A model generated the notes under the pieces. That model did no database searches. It was not told the DNA's origin and saw nothing but the letters and a program-made list of their open reading frames with translations. From Paraspadella gotoi (taxonomy: Eukaryota; Animalia; Chaetognatha), in NCBI GenBank assembly GCA_051294375.1, contig JBJCIZ010000239.1, forward strand, positions 2,803,476-2,867,475: a stretch of DNA of 64,000 nt, read 5' to 3'. Every line of letters starts with the position of its first letter. The stretch's first letter is position 1. This document shows, in pieces, positions 52,858-64,000 of the stretch. A program made the translations under genes and the position numbers.

Positions 52858-53387
52858 ATTAGTAAATTAAATAGAAAATCTGAAATCAAAGACATGGTAA
52901 GTATTGCGAAAAAAAAAACGAGAGCATCTTATTTAAGTTTTTTTTCTTATATCGCTAAAAGAAGTTCTTTCGTCCTGATAAAACATTCGAAAACATGACT
53001 AAAACGATACTTTGGGTTGGATAGATTGTATAGAATGAGTTAAAAGTATTCCTATACACCATTCGGGCGAGTAAACGACGATAAACATTTAAATATAGCA
53101 TGAAAAGATACATAGAACCTTCGCTATAAGGAGAGGTTAAAGAGACGACCTACTATTAAACAACTGGCATGATGATAACTCGACACTTGTACGCGTACTC
53201 GTAGTCAAAGGGAAAAAAAAAAAAAGAAAAAAAAAACCTTTTGTACCTAATTAATTACAAAGGTATGTATAATTTAATCTTTTTTAAAAACAATTGACAT
53301 GGGAAAAACAAAAGATAACAACACAACAAAAAAAAAAATAGCTAAGTAATTGCTACTTAGATTTAGCAGATATAAACGCTTGAAAAT

Positions 53388-56300
53388 TCAAGTCTTTAAC
53401 TGCTCGTAATATTTTGTGACACGCTTTGAAATTTCCTCGGAAATAATTTTCCATTTTTCGCCGTGGGCCTCCTCGACCTAAATTACGATTACGTTTTTAA
53501 GAAAAAATCGTTAACGTTAAAAATTCGAGACTTACTTTATCGGGGTGATAGTCCTGGATGACTTTGAGAAGCAGGTGCTTGACTTTCTTCTTCAAGTCGG
53601 GTTTGTGTTGCATCTCAAAGAACTTTTTCATCTCCTCCTCGCCGAAGCGAATCTTGCCCTTGGGCGGGTAGTATTGATAAACGAAGCGCAAAAGGGTTCC
53701 CGCGTTCTGGTCGTTTCGGTTGATCTCCTGAAAAAAAAAAGTCACAACAAATACGTTTAGTGAAAATTATATTCAATGCGGCGAAAAACTCTGAAACTCA
53801 TACTCGAATGATGAAGGAGCGAACGTTGTCCCACTCCTTTTCTTGTCCAGGAAGTGAAGAGGAGGTTGCGGTGGTTCCGGCTGGAGCGTTGGCGGACGAC
53901 GAAGAGGCTCCTGCGTCGGGATGGTGGAGAAGAAAATGAAATTAAACCCGAAGGCGTCGAATTCAAATCCGTCGAGTGACTTTGGACGAATTCGCTCACC
54001 CTCTCCGCCTTCTTGGTAGTCCGGGCGAAGCATGTTGTATAGCGTTTGGTTGTAGACCTTCTCTCGGTCTTTTGCTTCTTTCGCGATTCTGGCATTTTCC
54101 ATTTGACGAAGTCGCATTTGCTCCATGACGTATTGCTGCTGTTGCTGTTTTTGCAACGTTTCGGCTGCGGAAAAAAAAGTGGTAATTGAGTCGTGGCTCA
54201 GGCGGGAAATAAATGGTATGTATATTATATATATGAAATTGGTACAACCAATATATATATATATTTTTTTTTAAAGATATTACACTTACCAGCGAGCTGA
54301 GCCTCGTGTACGCGAAGAGCTTGCTGCATTCTTTGCCACACCATCGCCTCATCTCCCTTCCCGAGGTGAGGATTGTGTTGGAAAATCATTTTCATGAGCA
54401 TGATCTGATTAAAAAATGCGTAATTAACAATTAATAATTAATAACATCATCAAAAGGTAATCTAATTTCTCCCTTGCCTGCGCTTGAATCCTTTGATTCG
54501 GCTGCAGTCGGCTAATGAAGCTCATGTATTGAAGAATTTGAGGATTGAGCTGAATATTAGGCCCAGCGCCGGCGCCGGCCGCCGCTGCTGCATAAGCGGC
54601 GCTGGCGTTGGCCTGGGCGGCAGCAGCTGCGTAAGCCTTTAAGCAAGGAAATTGCGGGGGGAGAAATTCAATCGTAATTTAAAAAAAAGAGAGAAAATTT
54701 GAAAAAAAAACGAAGAAAAGGAAATTAAGAAGAGACGCAGGAATCGTTGATGAAAAGCGAAACATTGACGTTCGCGTTTTCGTTGAACTTTAAAAAAAAA
54801 AAACAAATGGGGAATTGATAAAGGGAGAAAAACAAAAGTGAAATTTAGGTGAATATTTTGCTATAGGACTTCGTCATCCATCTTCTCTCTCTTTTGCATC
54901 AATTCCCGCGATTATTTGTTTGCTTTTTTTCTCTTTCAGAAAAAAAAAATCTTCTCAGATAGAAAAAACATTTTATTGGTTAAGTTGGTGGGAGAAAAAA
55001 AAGTTTAAAACCATCTTAAACCACTTATAAAGAAATTAATCGATTCAAATACGTACAGCGTAAGGATTCTGCATTCCTCCCAATCCTCCCCAAGATCCTC
55101 CCGCCGCAGCCCCTGCCGCGCCCTGAGACGGTTCCCACTGCCGGAACTGGTTGGTCATCGGCGTCCGGAACCCAGTGCGCTTCTCTCTCTCGAACTCTTC
55201 CCAAGCGGCCTTTCGATCCTCCTCGGTCAGATCTTCTTCCGGTTTGTTTTCCAGGAGAGAGTCGTGCTCGTGGTAGTGGTAGATCCAATCCTCCATGCTC
55301 TTGAGAACCCCGAAAGTCAAATAGATTCAAGGTTAACTGATCGATGTAAATGATTGAGGTATATATAAGTTTCATTTAGACGATTAACCGCTGGATTTAA
55401 ATTAAGTGATTAAGCGACTGATACAAATTAATCGATTCGATTGATGAAATTAAATTTTCTTTCAAGATTTTTTCCTTTCTAACCTTCATCATGTCGGCAA
55501 GCAGCCTGTCCTTTGGTAGAATAGGAATCGGCGGCTCTTTTCGATTTGGGTCATCGAGTTTGTCGGGAGTGAAGTTGTAAAGTTCGCGAAGATCATTGTG
55601 CGAAAAGTGGCGCTCGATCTGATACTCGTCGACGACGCGATGGGCAAGGGACTGCTTAGTCACCTGGGAGTCGTGGGGGGGGGGGAGAAGGGAAGATAAT
55701 GATCGAAAAATCCCGAAAAAAAATATAGCAAATAAAAAGTACTTGGCGATCGTAGATCTTCTCTTCCATTGTTCCCTGGGCGATCAGCCTGTAAATGTAG
55801 ACCGGCTTGGGCTGACCGAATCGGTACACCCTGAAGATGGACTGAACGTCGTGAGAAGGATTCCACGAGGCGTCAAAAATCACCACACGGTTCGCCGCCA
55901 CGAGGTTTACCCCCAAAGAACCCGCTGCGGAGGTTCGTGTGAAAAAAACACAAGTCGAGTCAGTTATTACTTCAAGTTTTTTGTTTTTTTTTAACTTTGG
56001 TTAATTCCGTTTTTATGAAGAAAAGTCTCACCTTTGGTAGAAATGAGAAATAATCTGGCCTGCATGTTTTCCATGTCATTAAACAAAGAAATCTGTCTCA
56101 TTCGGTGCTCGGAATTTGTGGAGCCGTCCATTCTGAAGATAGAAACGGGAAGGAAGAATGATAGAAAAAATATGTAGCAGAATAATTTGTTGTTCATTAC
56201 AAATGAGATTGAGTTCTTCAATCTCATTTACATATTGTAGTAGTTAGACCATTTCTAATATCTTTTGATACAGTATTCATAGTTGTCTTATTTTACGGTT

Positions 56301-59300
56301 TTAGCAATACTTTTAATAGCTTTTAATAATGATTTAGTTTTCCAATTAACATTAAGGCGCCGAAATAAAAAAAGGGGGAAAAAAAGAGAAAAAACCTGAA
56401 ATAATCTTCGCCTTTAGTCCAACCCCAAATCGCGGAGGAACACGTCTCGTCCAGTTTTCCCTCCTGAGCCAAACGGTCTTCGTAGGCAAGATACTCTTCT
56501 ATCATATCCAGAGAGGACAGGCTTTGACTGCGCGAGAAACATCCCGGTTAATTGAGTTAACGTTCAATGCAGTCGACTAATTCAACGTTGCGAACCTGAA
56601 GACTAGAACTTTATCTCCCACGGTTTCGGATTCTCTCATGATTGTGATCAGCATCGACAACTTTCCGCTGAATTTAGGATTAAGTAACTCTTGGTCCTCC
56701 AACCCGGCCGTCGCTTCCTTCAGCATCTCGGAATACCAGTAAAGGTCTTCTTTGCTTTCCTGTTAATTGTCAATCAATCAACCAATCAAGCTCAAAGAAT
56801 TGTGTCAAACCATCTAACAAATCAACCAATACATAAACGATAAATCAAAGTCAATCGACCAATGAATAAAATTCAATCGATCGAAAAGATAAATTAACTA
56901 ATAAATAAATCTGCGATCCTTTACCTGCGGCTCCGGTTCCGGCTCCGAAGAGGGCGGTCGAGAGGCGTCGTTGAATTCGCCGTCGCTGCCGCGCTGCTGG
57001 GCGCAGGCACGCCTTCTACGGCGTCTCGTGACGTTGGGAGCAGGCGTGGTCGACGTCGTCGGCGTCGTTGTCTCTGTCGTCTCCCGCAAAGCATCGTCGT
57101 CGTCCTCTTCCCGCTGTCGACTGCTCTTCGACTTTTTCTTCTTCTTCTTCTTTTTCTTCTTGTGTTTCTTGCTTTTTTTCTTCTCTTTGCCTCCGCCGCC
57201 GGCGCCGGCGCCGCTACCGCTCTCGCTATCGTCCCCCGACTCCGAGTCGGCCTCCGACTCGCTCGACGAGGTCTCGCTCATCTCCTCCTCTTCCTCGTCG
57301 TCCAGGAAGCCTTCCAGATCGCTGCCGCCTTCTTCCTCCTCGTCGTCCCACTTGTACTGGTTAGCGATGTCCTGGCGTCGTTGGGCGATGCCCAGCACGC
57401 GAGGATGCGTCCAGATGCGGGATAGGTACTGTGGGGAGGGGGAAGGGGAGAAAGGAAGATGAAAATTTATCCGAGAGATAATTTTAAAAGTTAAGCGTTA
57501 AATCAGAGGGAACGAGAAAATGTCTAACAGAGGGATATCTCTGTTGTAAAGATGGTTACCCTGATTACACATGACATCGGTTAATATAGGTTCAGTGGAT
57601 ATTTAATCAGTGACTTACTTAATGGTTCGAAGGCTACTTGACTGGCTTCTTGGTAATTTGCTACAAATGCGGAACGACTTACTTGAAAATCTTGGAAGAG
57701 GCGACCTCCGGAACGTTGAAACTTGGCCCCGGGGACTTGCTCGGTCCCGAAGACGAAGCGATCAAGGTATTCCTGTGAAAGGTGCAAAGTAGCAGAAATA
57801 ATTGGAGCTGAAAAAAAAAATCAATCGAATGAAAGTTACCTGGTATAGTTTAATCTGCAATGGTGATAATCTAACTTTCACGACGTATTCGTGCTTTGGT
57901 AAGAGGAACTTGGTGAGAGCTGTGTAGTCTCGTCTTTGAACGCATCTTGAATCGGAGGAAAAGGAGGGATTTATTAATTAATAATTAATAATTATTTCCT
58001 TCGTTTATATTTAACTCACCCGTCAAGAAGTTCGTGGAGGATATGGGCACGCTGCTTCATCAGTTTAACATCGAACGAACGAGAATCCGCGCAGGAGCCG
58101 TTCATGATTGGATTGACAAAACGATTCTTGTACTCCTTAACAGTTCCTTGGAACAAAAAAATAAAAAATAAATAAAAAAACCGCCAAGTGAACCGAAAGA
58201 GACATTCGAAAATGTCAAAGCCCCAAGGAGACTACCTAGCAAGTTTGGCTTGACGAAATTGACCATGCAATGATATTCGATGAGATTGTTTTGCAGCGGC
58301 GTTCCTGTCAGCGCCACTCGACGACGAGTCTTCACTTGACTCACAACCTTCGACGTCGCCGTGTTTTCGTTCTTCAATAAGTGACCCTCGTCGCAAATGA
58401 TAAAATCCGGTCCAGGATCCTTCAGGCATTTTTCGTAAATAGTGCGGAGTTTTTTCGAAAACCGGGTTCCTTTGTTTAACGAAAAAAAAAGGTCGAAGAT
58501 CAAATCGGGTTTCGACTTTTCGAAATATATTTTCAAATTTCCGATCCTTACCTCCAGCGAGATTGCGGAACATGTCGTAACCGAGAATCAGGACCCCGCC
58601 TTCTTTGAACCATTGCTCCAAGTAGTCGGCCCGCTTTCGATTATCCTGTCGGAAGGAAGGGCGGGGTGACTCGTTGTAAAGTGGCCCTTTGACCACTCGA
58701 TCCGAACCCCCCCCCCTTGGGCGCACCCCATTGCTTTACCTTGATCTGACTCATTTCGTAGACGTCGACGGAATCCGACGGCGTCCATTTGAGAAACTCG
58801 TCGACCCAATTGAGGCATACGTTGAGGGGACAGAGGACTAGCGCTTTTTCGAAGCCGAGCCGCTCGTGGTGCAGCAACGTGTGGGTCAGCGTCACGACTT
58901 GAAGGGTTTTCCCGAGACCCATGCAATGGGCCAAAATGGCGCCGCCGCCTTTGGTTGAAACAAATATTAATTTACATACAATTCGTTCTGTAGTTCATTC
59001 TATCGTAACAACCTTTATCTTCTTTTTCCACCCGATCCACGGATTCCACGAGGCAGTCGTACATAAACTGAACGCCCTCCACCTGATGCGGCTTCAGGTG
59101 TTGACAGATGTAGGGATCGACGGAGACGAGGGGTTCTTTCGTTTCTGGATCGCGATCCAGAACGAGCGAGGTGACCTTGGGGCATTTGGTGGGCGACTCC
59201 TTGTCCTCTTCGGTGACGACGTTGTTGTAGAGTTTTTGCTTATCGGCGACGCGTTGTCTCCGCTCTTCCTCCGCCTTGACGGCGTCGATGGTCTCCGCCT

Positions 59301-61501
59301 TCAGCTTGGAATCCTTGATGATCTTCCGCATCTTCTTGCGGGTGTCGCGCTTCAACTTTCCCTTCCCCTTCTTTCCCTTTCCCCCTTTTCCCTCCTCCCC
59401 GTCCTCTTCCTCTTCCTCCTCCTCCTCGGCTCGGTTCAGCTTCTCCTCCTCCTCCTCGTCCATGGAGATTTTGTCTTCTTCGCAAGACGAAGTTTTTCTC
59501 TCGCGAATTCGATTCCTTTTCCCTCTTTTCTTTTCTTTGCCCAAAACTTCGGCGACTTTTTTCGATTGACGAGAGACGCGTTTCTTCTTGACCGAGAGAC
59601 CCCCTTCCTCCTCGCTCTCGCTCAACTATGAAAAAGAAAATGGAGTTTTATGTGAATGATGGAGACGGAATCTCCAAAAGACGCTGGACTTTCCGACATG
59701 TGATATTCATATTTGTATTCATTGATATTCACTGTTCAAGTGTTCATTCATTACTTGTTCCCCTTTCAGTTTAGTGAGGATCGTGATTATTATTAGAAAG
59801 TACGTGTTCGAGTGTGAGTCTCATATTAGTTGGCGGCCCCGTTCTCTTGTGTCATTCATATTCACAGATCCTATACTGTGGGCAACATTGTGGTCGACCG
59901 TGCCGCCGTTAACTGACAATGTGGTGTACGCGTCAGAGGGTCTCGTGCTTCTCAAGCCGGGCCGGCGCCCGCCGGCATCGCCCACAACAATCCCCTCCTC
60001 TAACATGAATATATATATATAATTATATATGTATATGATTATCAATATCAAGACCCGAACAATTCAATGAATATTAGTTATTACTCTAAGATTTACTTTG
60101 AAAGAATTCTCCGACTCCGCTCGTTTCCTCTTCCTCATCTTTCTCCTCTTCACCATTCCTCCCCCAATATCGTCAGAGTCTTCCTCGCTGTCTCCATCCG
60201 CGTCTTCTTCTTCTTCTTCATCATCCTCCTCTTCCTCCTCTTCTTCTTCTTCCTCGGAAAGGATCGGCTTTGCGATTGGTTTAGATTTTTTCTTCGCGCC
60301 TAAATGGGCAACAAAGAATTCATTAATAATCGGCGTTTTGATTTCTCCGGAATAACATATTAACATTAATTTTATCTTCAGGAAGCCCTGCGAACGAAAT
60401 CATAATGCGTCGAAAAAAGATATAGCATAAAAATTAACGTTTTTTTACGACCAATCTACGTCAACCCAACTCCCCTTTTTCCATCCGGGTCTTTCTCTCC
60501 TCCTCATCTTCTTCCTCTTCATCCAGACTCTCGACGAGCACCTCTTCCTTCCTTCCGTTCTCTGCGGCGTTGGCCCTCGCCTTCCCGTTGCTGACGGCAG
60601 CGGCGGCGGCGCGCGGGACGGGCCGGTCTCTCCCCGAGATTTGACCCTCGACCCCGCGAACGGGCGAAGCCTCGTCTAATCTCCGCAGAGAGATTTTCAG
60701 TTTCAAGTTCGAGTCGAACCCGTTGCATTTGTAGACTTTGAGAGGGTCGGCCTTTTTGCCGGCGTTGACCTCGTCCGCTTTGGACCGTTTGCAGTCGACG
60801 GCTTCGTCGGTGTCTTCGCCTTCCGAATCAAAGAGGTCGTTGGCGCCCAAGAGATCGGAGACGCCGTTTTTCTTTTTCGACGCCGCGTTGGGCGTTTTCG
60901 AGTTGGAGGCGTCCAGTCTGGACGGTCGTTTCTTGGGTTCGACGACGACGGGGGAATCCGAGTCGGAGAGGTCCTCCGAATCCGGCGGCGGCTTTTTCTT
61001 GGTCCGACCACCCGCGGCTCGTCCCTTCGTCTTTTCTTTAAGTAGCGTCACTCCCTCCGTGGGAAGTTTCGTCTTGGGTCGGCCGACGTTGGACGCGGGT
61101 TTTCTTCTCCTCGTCTTCGCGTCGTTTTGGACGTCGTAATCCTCGTCGTCGTCGTTGGAAGAAGGCGAGGTTTCGCGATAGTTCTTCGCGGTTTTCGCCG
61201 ATTGCGGCGTTTTGCGCTGGCGGTTGGAGCCGGCGGTGGCGGGGGCGTTGTTAGATTCGACGGCGCCTTCGTCTGTTTCGTCGTCGTCGACGGAAGAGTT
61301 TTGGTTTCTTTTCTGGGAGGCTTTTTTACCGAAGGGGGCCGTCGCTCGAACGCCACTTTTCATCGGTTGGCGTCGGTCGGTGTCTTCGTCGCCGTCGGTG
61401 GAATCGTGCGAGGAGGCGTCGGCGTCATCGTCCGAACCGGAAGTCTCCTTGTACGAGGCTTTTCCCGCGGCGGCCGCGGCCGCACGACGCGCTCCGGGCA
61501 T
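53388..61501 (-). CDS. ATRX: ATRX/XNP SNF2 chromatin remodeller; no ADD domain, C-terminal J-domain-like module
   Basis: [111 protein letters not shown]. Confidence 0.93.
59657..60005. mobile_element. Probable solo LTR in an ATRX intron
   Basis: Begins TGATGGAG and ends CTCTAACA (TG..CA, imperfect terminal inverted repeat); flanked by the 4-bp direct repeat TGAA at 59653-59656 and 60006-60009. Confidence 0.65.
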
Positions 61502-61747
61502 GGCGAGGGTCGGTATTAGCGAGGGGGGATAGTTTACATTATGAGGGGAGGGAAATCGTACTTAATAACTGTGAAAGAAAAATAAAACGATGGGATGGAA
61601 AAAAAAGTTGAGTACAAGTAAAAATTGATAAAATTAACCTACTACCCGCCTAACGAAGGTCAGTGCAAAGATGGGAGTGAAGAAAAAAAAAAAAAGAAAG
61701 CGAAGAATTTTGCATTCTGCGTTCTTCGTTTACGGTTCAATCAAAAA

Positions 61748-63527
61748 TCATGACTGCGCGTTGGAAGTCGCAACTTTCTCCTTCTTTCTCTCTTCCTTCT
61801 TTTCCGCTTTCTTATGCTTCTCAAGCTGCTTGTGCATCGTCTCTCGAATGATCTTAAACGCTTGGAGATTCGCGTAGGGAGTTTGGGTGACCGGATCGAA
61901 GTATTTGGCGAGCGTGCCCGTAATGGGGCAGTATTTGCGTTCGGGCACGCGGTTCTGCAATCTCGAACGCCCCTTGAGGCTGTAGTAGTAGTCGGGGAAG
62001 GCTTTTTTAAAGGAGGTCATGTCGGTGAAAGTGACGAAGGATCGCTCGCACGAATGTTCGGGAAGAAGCTTTTTTCTGTTCTGCTTTTTGACTTCCTTGT
62101 TGTTGGAATCGGATTTGTCGGTGGATGAGGAGGAGGAGGATTCGCTGACGAGATCCGACGGCGGAGGGACTGAGTTTTCTAGAGAATCCTTTTCGAAAAA
62201 AATAAATCAAAATATATAAGAGAAAAAATAAGCAACTAATAAAACAAAAACACATAAGCTGAAAAATCACAATGCAGCGGTGAGAGCGACTTTACCTCTA
62301 ACTCGACGATCGGCATCGTGGTGCTGTGGAATAGAATTTGAGGTCCGGTTCTAATGAGTTTGCTGAACCTCGCCGCCTTCTTCTTTTCCATCTCCAACTT
62401 TTGAAACTCGTGAAGGGAGAGGAGGTTCTAGAGAAAGAGTTGTTAGAGACAATGTATTCCGAGGAGAAGAAGAGAAAGGTGCAAAGTCGCTCAAGGAAAG
62501 GCAAGACTCGAACCTGTTTCTCCGTTTCCTTGGCCTCCTCGAGCAACTCTTCCTGCGTGAGTCTCCGCACGGCGGCGACGTTCTTCCGCGACGCCATCTC
62601 CGCCATCATCTTCTTCCGAATTTCATCCTCTTTCTTCCGCCGATCGGATTCCGCGGATTTCAGAGACGTCGTCGCTCTGTCATATATATATTAAGAGAGT
62701 GGTCTTTTCATACAATTGAAACATTCTTTGAAACATTATACCACTTCATTGATAGGGAAGCCAGGTACTCTGGGAGTGAATAAACGAGACTGAGAAAGAG
62801 TCTTTATTGAAAGCTTGAAGGGACCTGCTATGTCATTATGTAAGAGTGATGGAGGCCTTAAACAACCAAAGCCTGTCTAAAGTCAGGGGCAAGATAGCTT
62901 ATTTATCAAATGAATGGATATTTTTTATATTGGTTTTACAATTTTCATATCAAAAAAACACAAAACAAAAAAATTAAATTAGGTTAAATGAAAGTTAATC
63001 GAAAAATATCGGGATTAAGGAAATCTTGGTACTCCAACCCGGCCGTCGCTTCCTTCAGCAACTCGGAATACCAGTAAACGTCTTCTTTGCTTACAACTCA
63101 ACTCTTGAATTTACCACGACATAAATGATAGTTGATAAATCAAAGTCAATCAACCAATGAATAAATCGTTGAATGAGTAAAGGACTTCAAAATCAAAAAA
63201 CAAATTACTATTTAGACTTCGAAGTTGGAGACAGAGAGAGTCAGATTCCCCCGACTCAACGATGACAAGGTTCGGAAAAGAAAAATTTAAAGCCGCGGAA
63301 CATCGGGTCTTATAACCTGACTTTGGTCCTCGGGGGTGCGTCGGCGTCGTTCTTTGCTCCTTCCACGCCCACTTCCGCTTTCCTCTTTCGCCGCGCCGGC
63401 GCTCTTTTCGGCTCCGCTTTCGTCCCCTTCGGCTCCGGCGCCGATCGCCCGCCCTTCTTCGGCGTCTCCTTTCTTTTCTTTTTGTCCTTAATCTCTTTCC
63501 TTTTCGGCTCTTTGTAGGCCTGGAGCC
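61748..63527 (-). CDS. VPS72: VPS72/YL1 H2A.Z chaperone, 3' part; 5' exons lie beyond the window
   Basis: RRLTQEELLEEAKETEKQNLLSLHEFQKLE; YL1-C RKYCPITGTLAKYFDPVTQTPYANLQAFKIIRE. Confidence 0.9.
62710..62950 (+). repeat. Dispersed ~240-bp intronic repeat, copy 2
   Basis: Reverse complement of 20650-20893. Confidence 0.85.
63012..63165 (-). pseudogene. Duplicated ATRX exon plus intron fragment inside a VPS72 intron
   Basis: 63012-63092 matches 56677-56757 (exon); 63134-63165 matches 56839-56870 (intron). Confidence 0.85.
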
Positions 63528-63698
63528 GGATAGAAGTGTAAATATGTATAAGAGAGGAACTTTTGATTTATAGGAAAATGAAATTGAGCTCCTCAATCTA
63601 ATTTGCATACAGTCGTTTTGGAAGTCAACTCAAATTCACAACTGATGTTAATTTGTGGTGATATATTGCAGACATTGTTTTAATTTTTTTTCGTTGCA

Positions 63699-63928
63699 TT
63701 AAATGAGAAAATTGTGTTTTGTTTTCAGACAACGAAAATTTATTATTATTATTAATTTATACATTTATATAAATTATACTACAAAACGGACATGTTTCGG
63801 CTATAATGTTAGCCTTCATTTTGCGCTGATGAAGGCTAACATTATAGACGAAATATGTCCGTTTTTTATTATTAATAATAATAATTAATTTTCGTTGTCT
63901 GAAAATAAGACACAATTTTCTAATTTAA
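63699..63928. mobile_element. Long palindrome containing a minimal hammerhead motif (Penelope-like pseudo-LTR remnant)
   Basis: Arms of about 110 bp around the loop tttgcgctg; + strand CTGATGA-aggcta...tagac-GAAA-tatGTC at 63826-63859. Confidence 0.7.
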
Positions 63929-64000
63929 AGGCGATAAATTGCGAATTTACGCCGGTCAAAGTGCTAATAAACAAAATCATAATATAGAGATTCATGTTTA

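Overview
Eukaryotic DNA from a compact-genome invertebrate animal (taxon not determinable from the sequence), with GC-rich exons and short, AT-rich, mostly 60-90 nt GT-AG introns. I read about 29 protein-coding genes, 28 of them on the minus strand in two unbroken head-to-tail runs. Run A (38994 down to 188, 21 genes): SLC25A35, NABP, MRPS10, JKAMP, ABHD4/5, FABP, RCC1L, NAA38, TUFM, RNF181, LYRM4, MRPL55, TBCB, RAD51AP1-like, SCLT1, TRAPPC3, WDR55, acid lipase, SNUPN, MARF1, FAHD1. Run B (beyond 63.5 kb down to 45953, 7 genes): VPS72, ATRX, PIGY, EXOSC6, TMEM167, MOSMO, PIWI. One plus-strand orphan gene separates the runs. Stop-to-start gaps are mostly 70-380 bp and unpaired 3' splice acceptors precede many ATGs, suggesting very long SL trans-spliced operons. 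Highlights: PIGY ends 13 nt before the EXOSC6 ATG (probable true bicistronic mRNA); ATRX lacks the ADD domain and splices in frame onto an HPD J-domain-like module; MARF1 lacks its NYN domain; two divergent intronic tRNA-headed elements share a covarying, possibly pseudoknotted core; there is a Penelope-type hammerhead palindrome, two TA-flanked MITEs and a solo LTR. Gene identities come from my recognition of the translated sequences, not database searches, and exon boundaries were read by eye.
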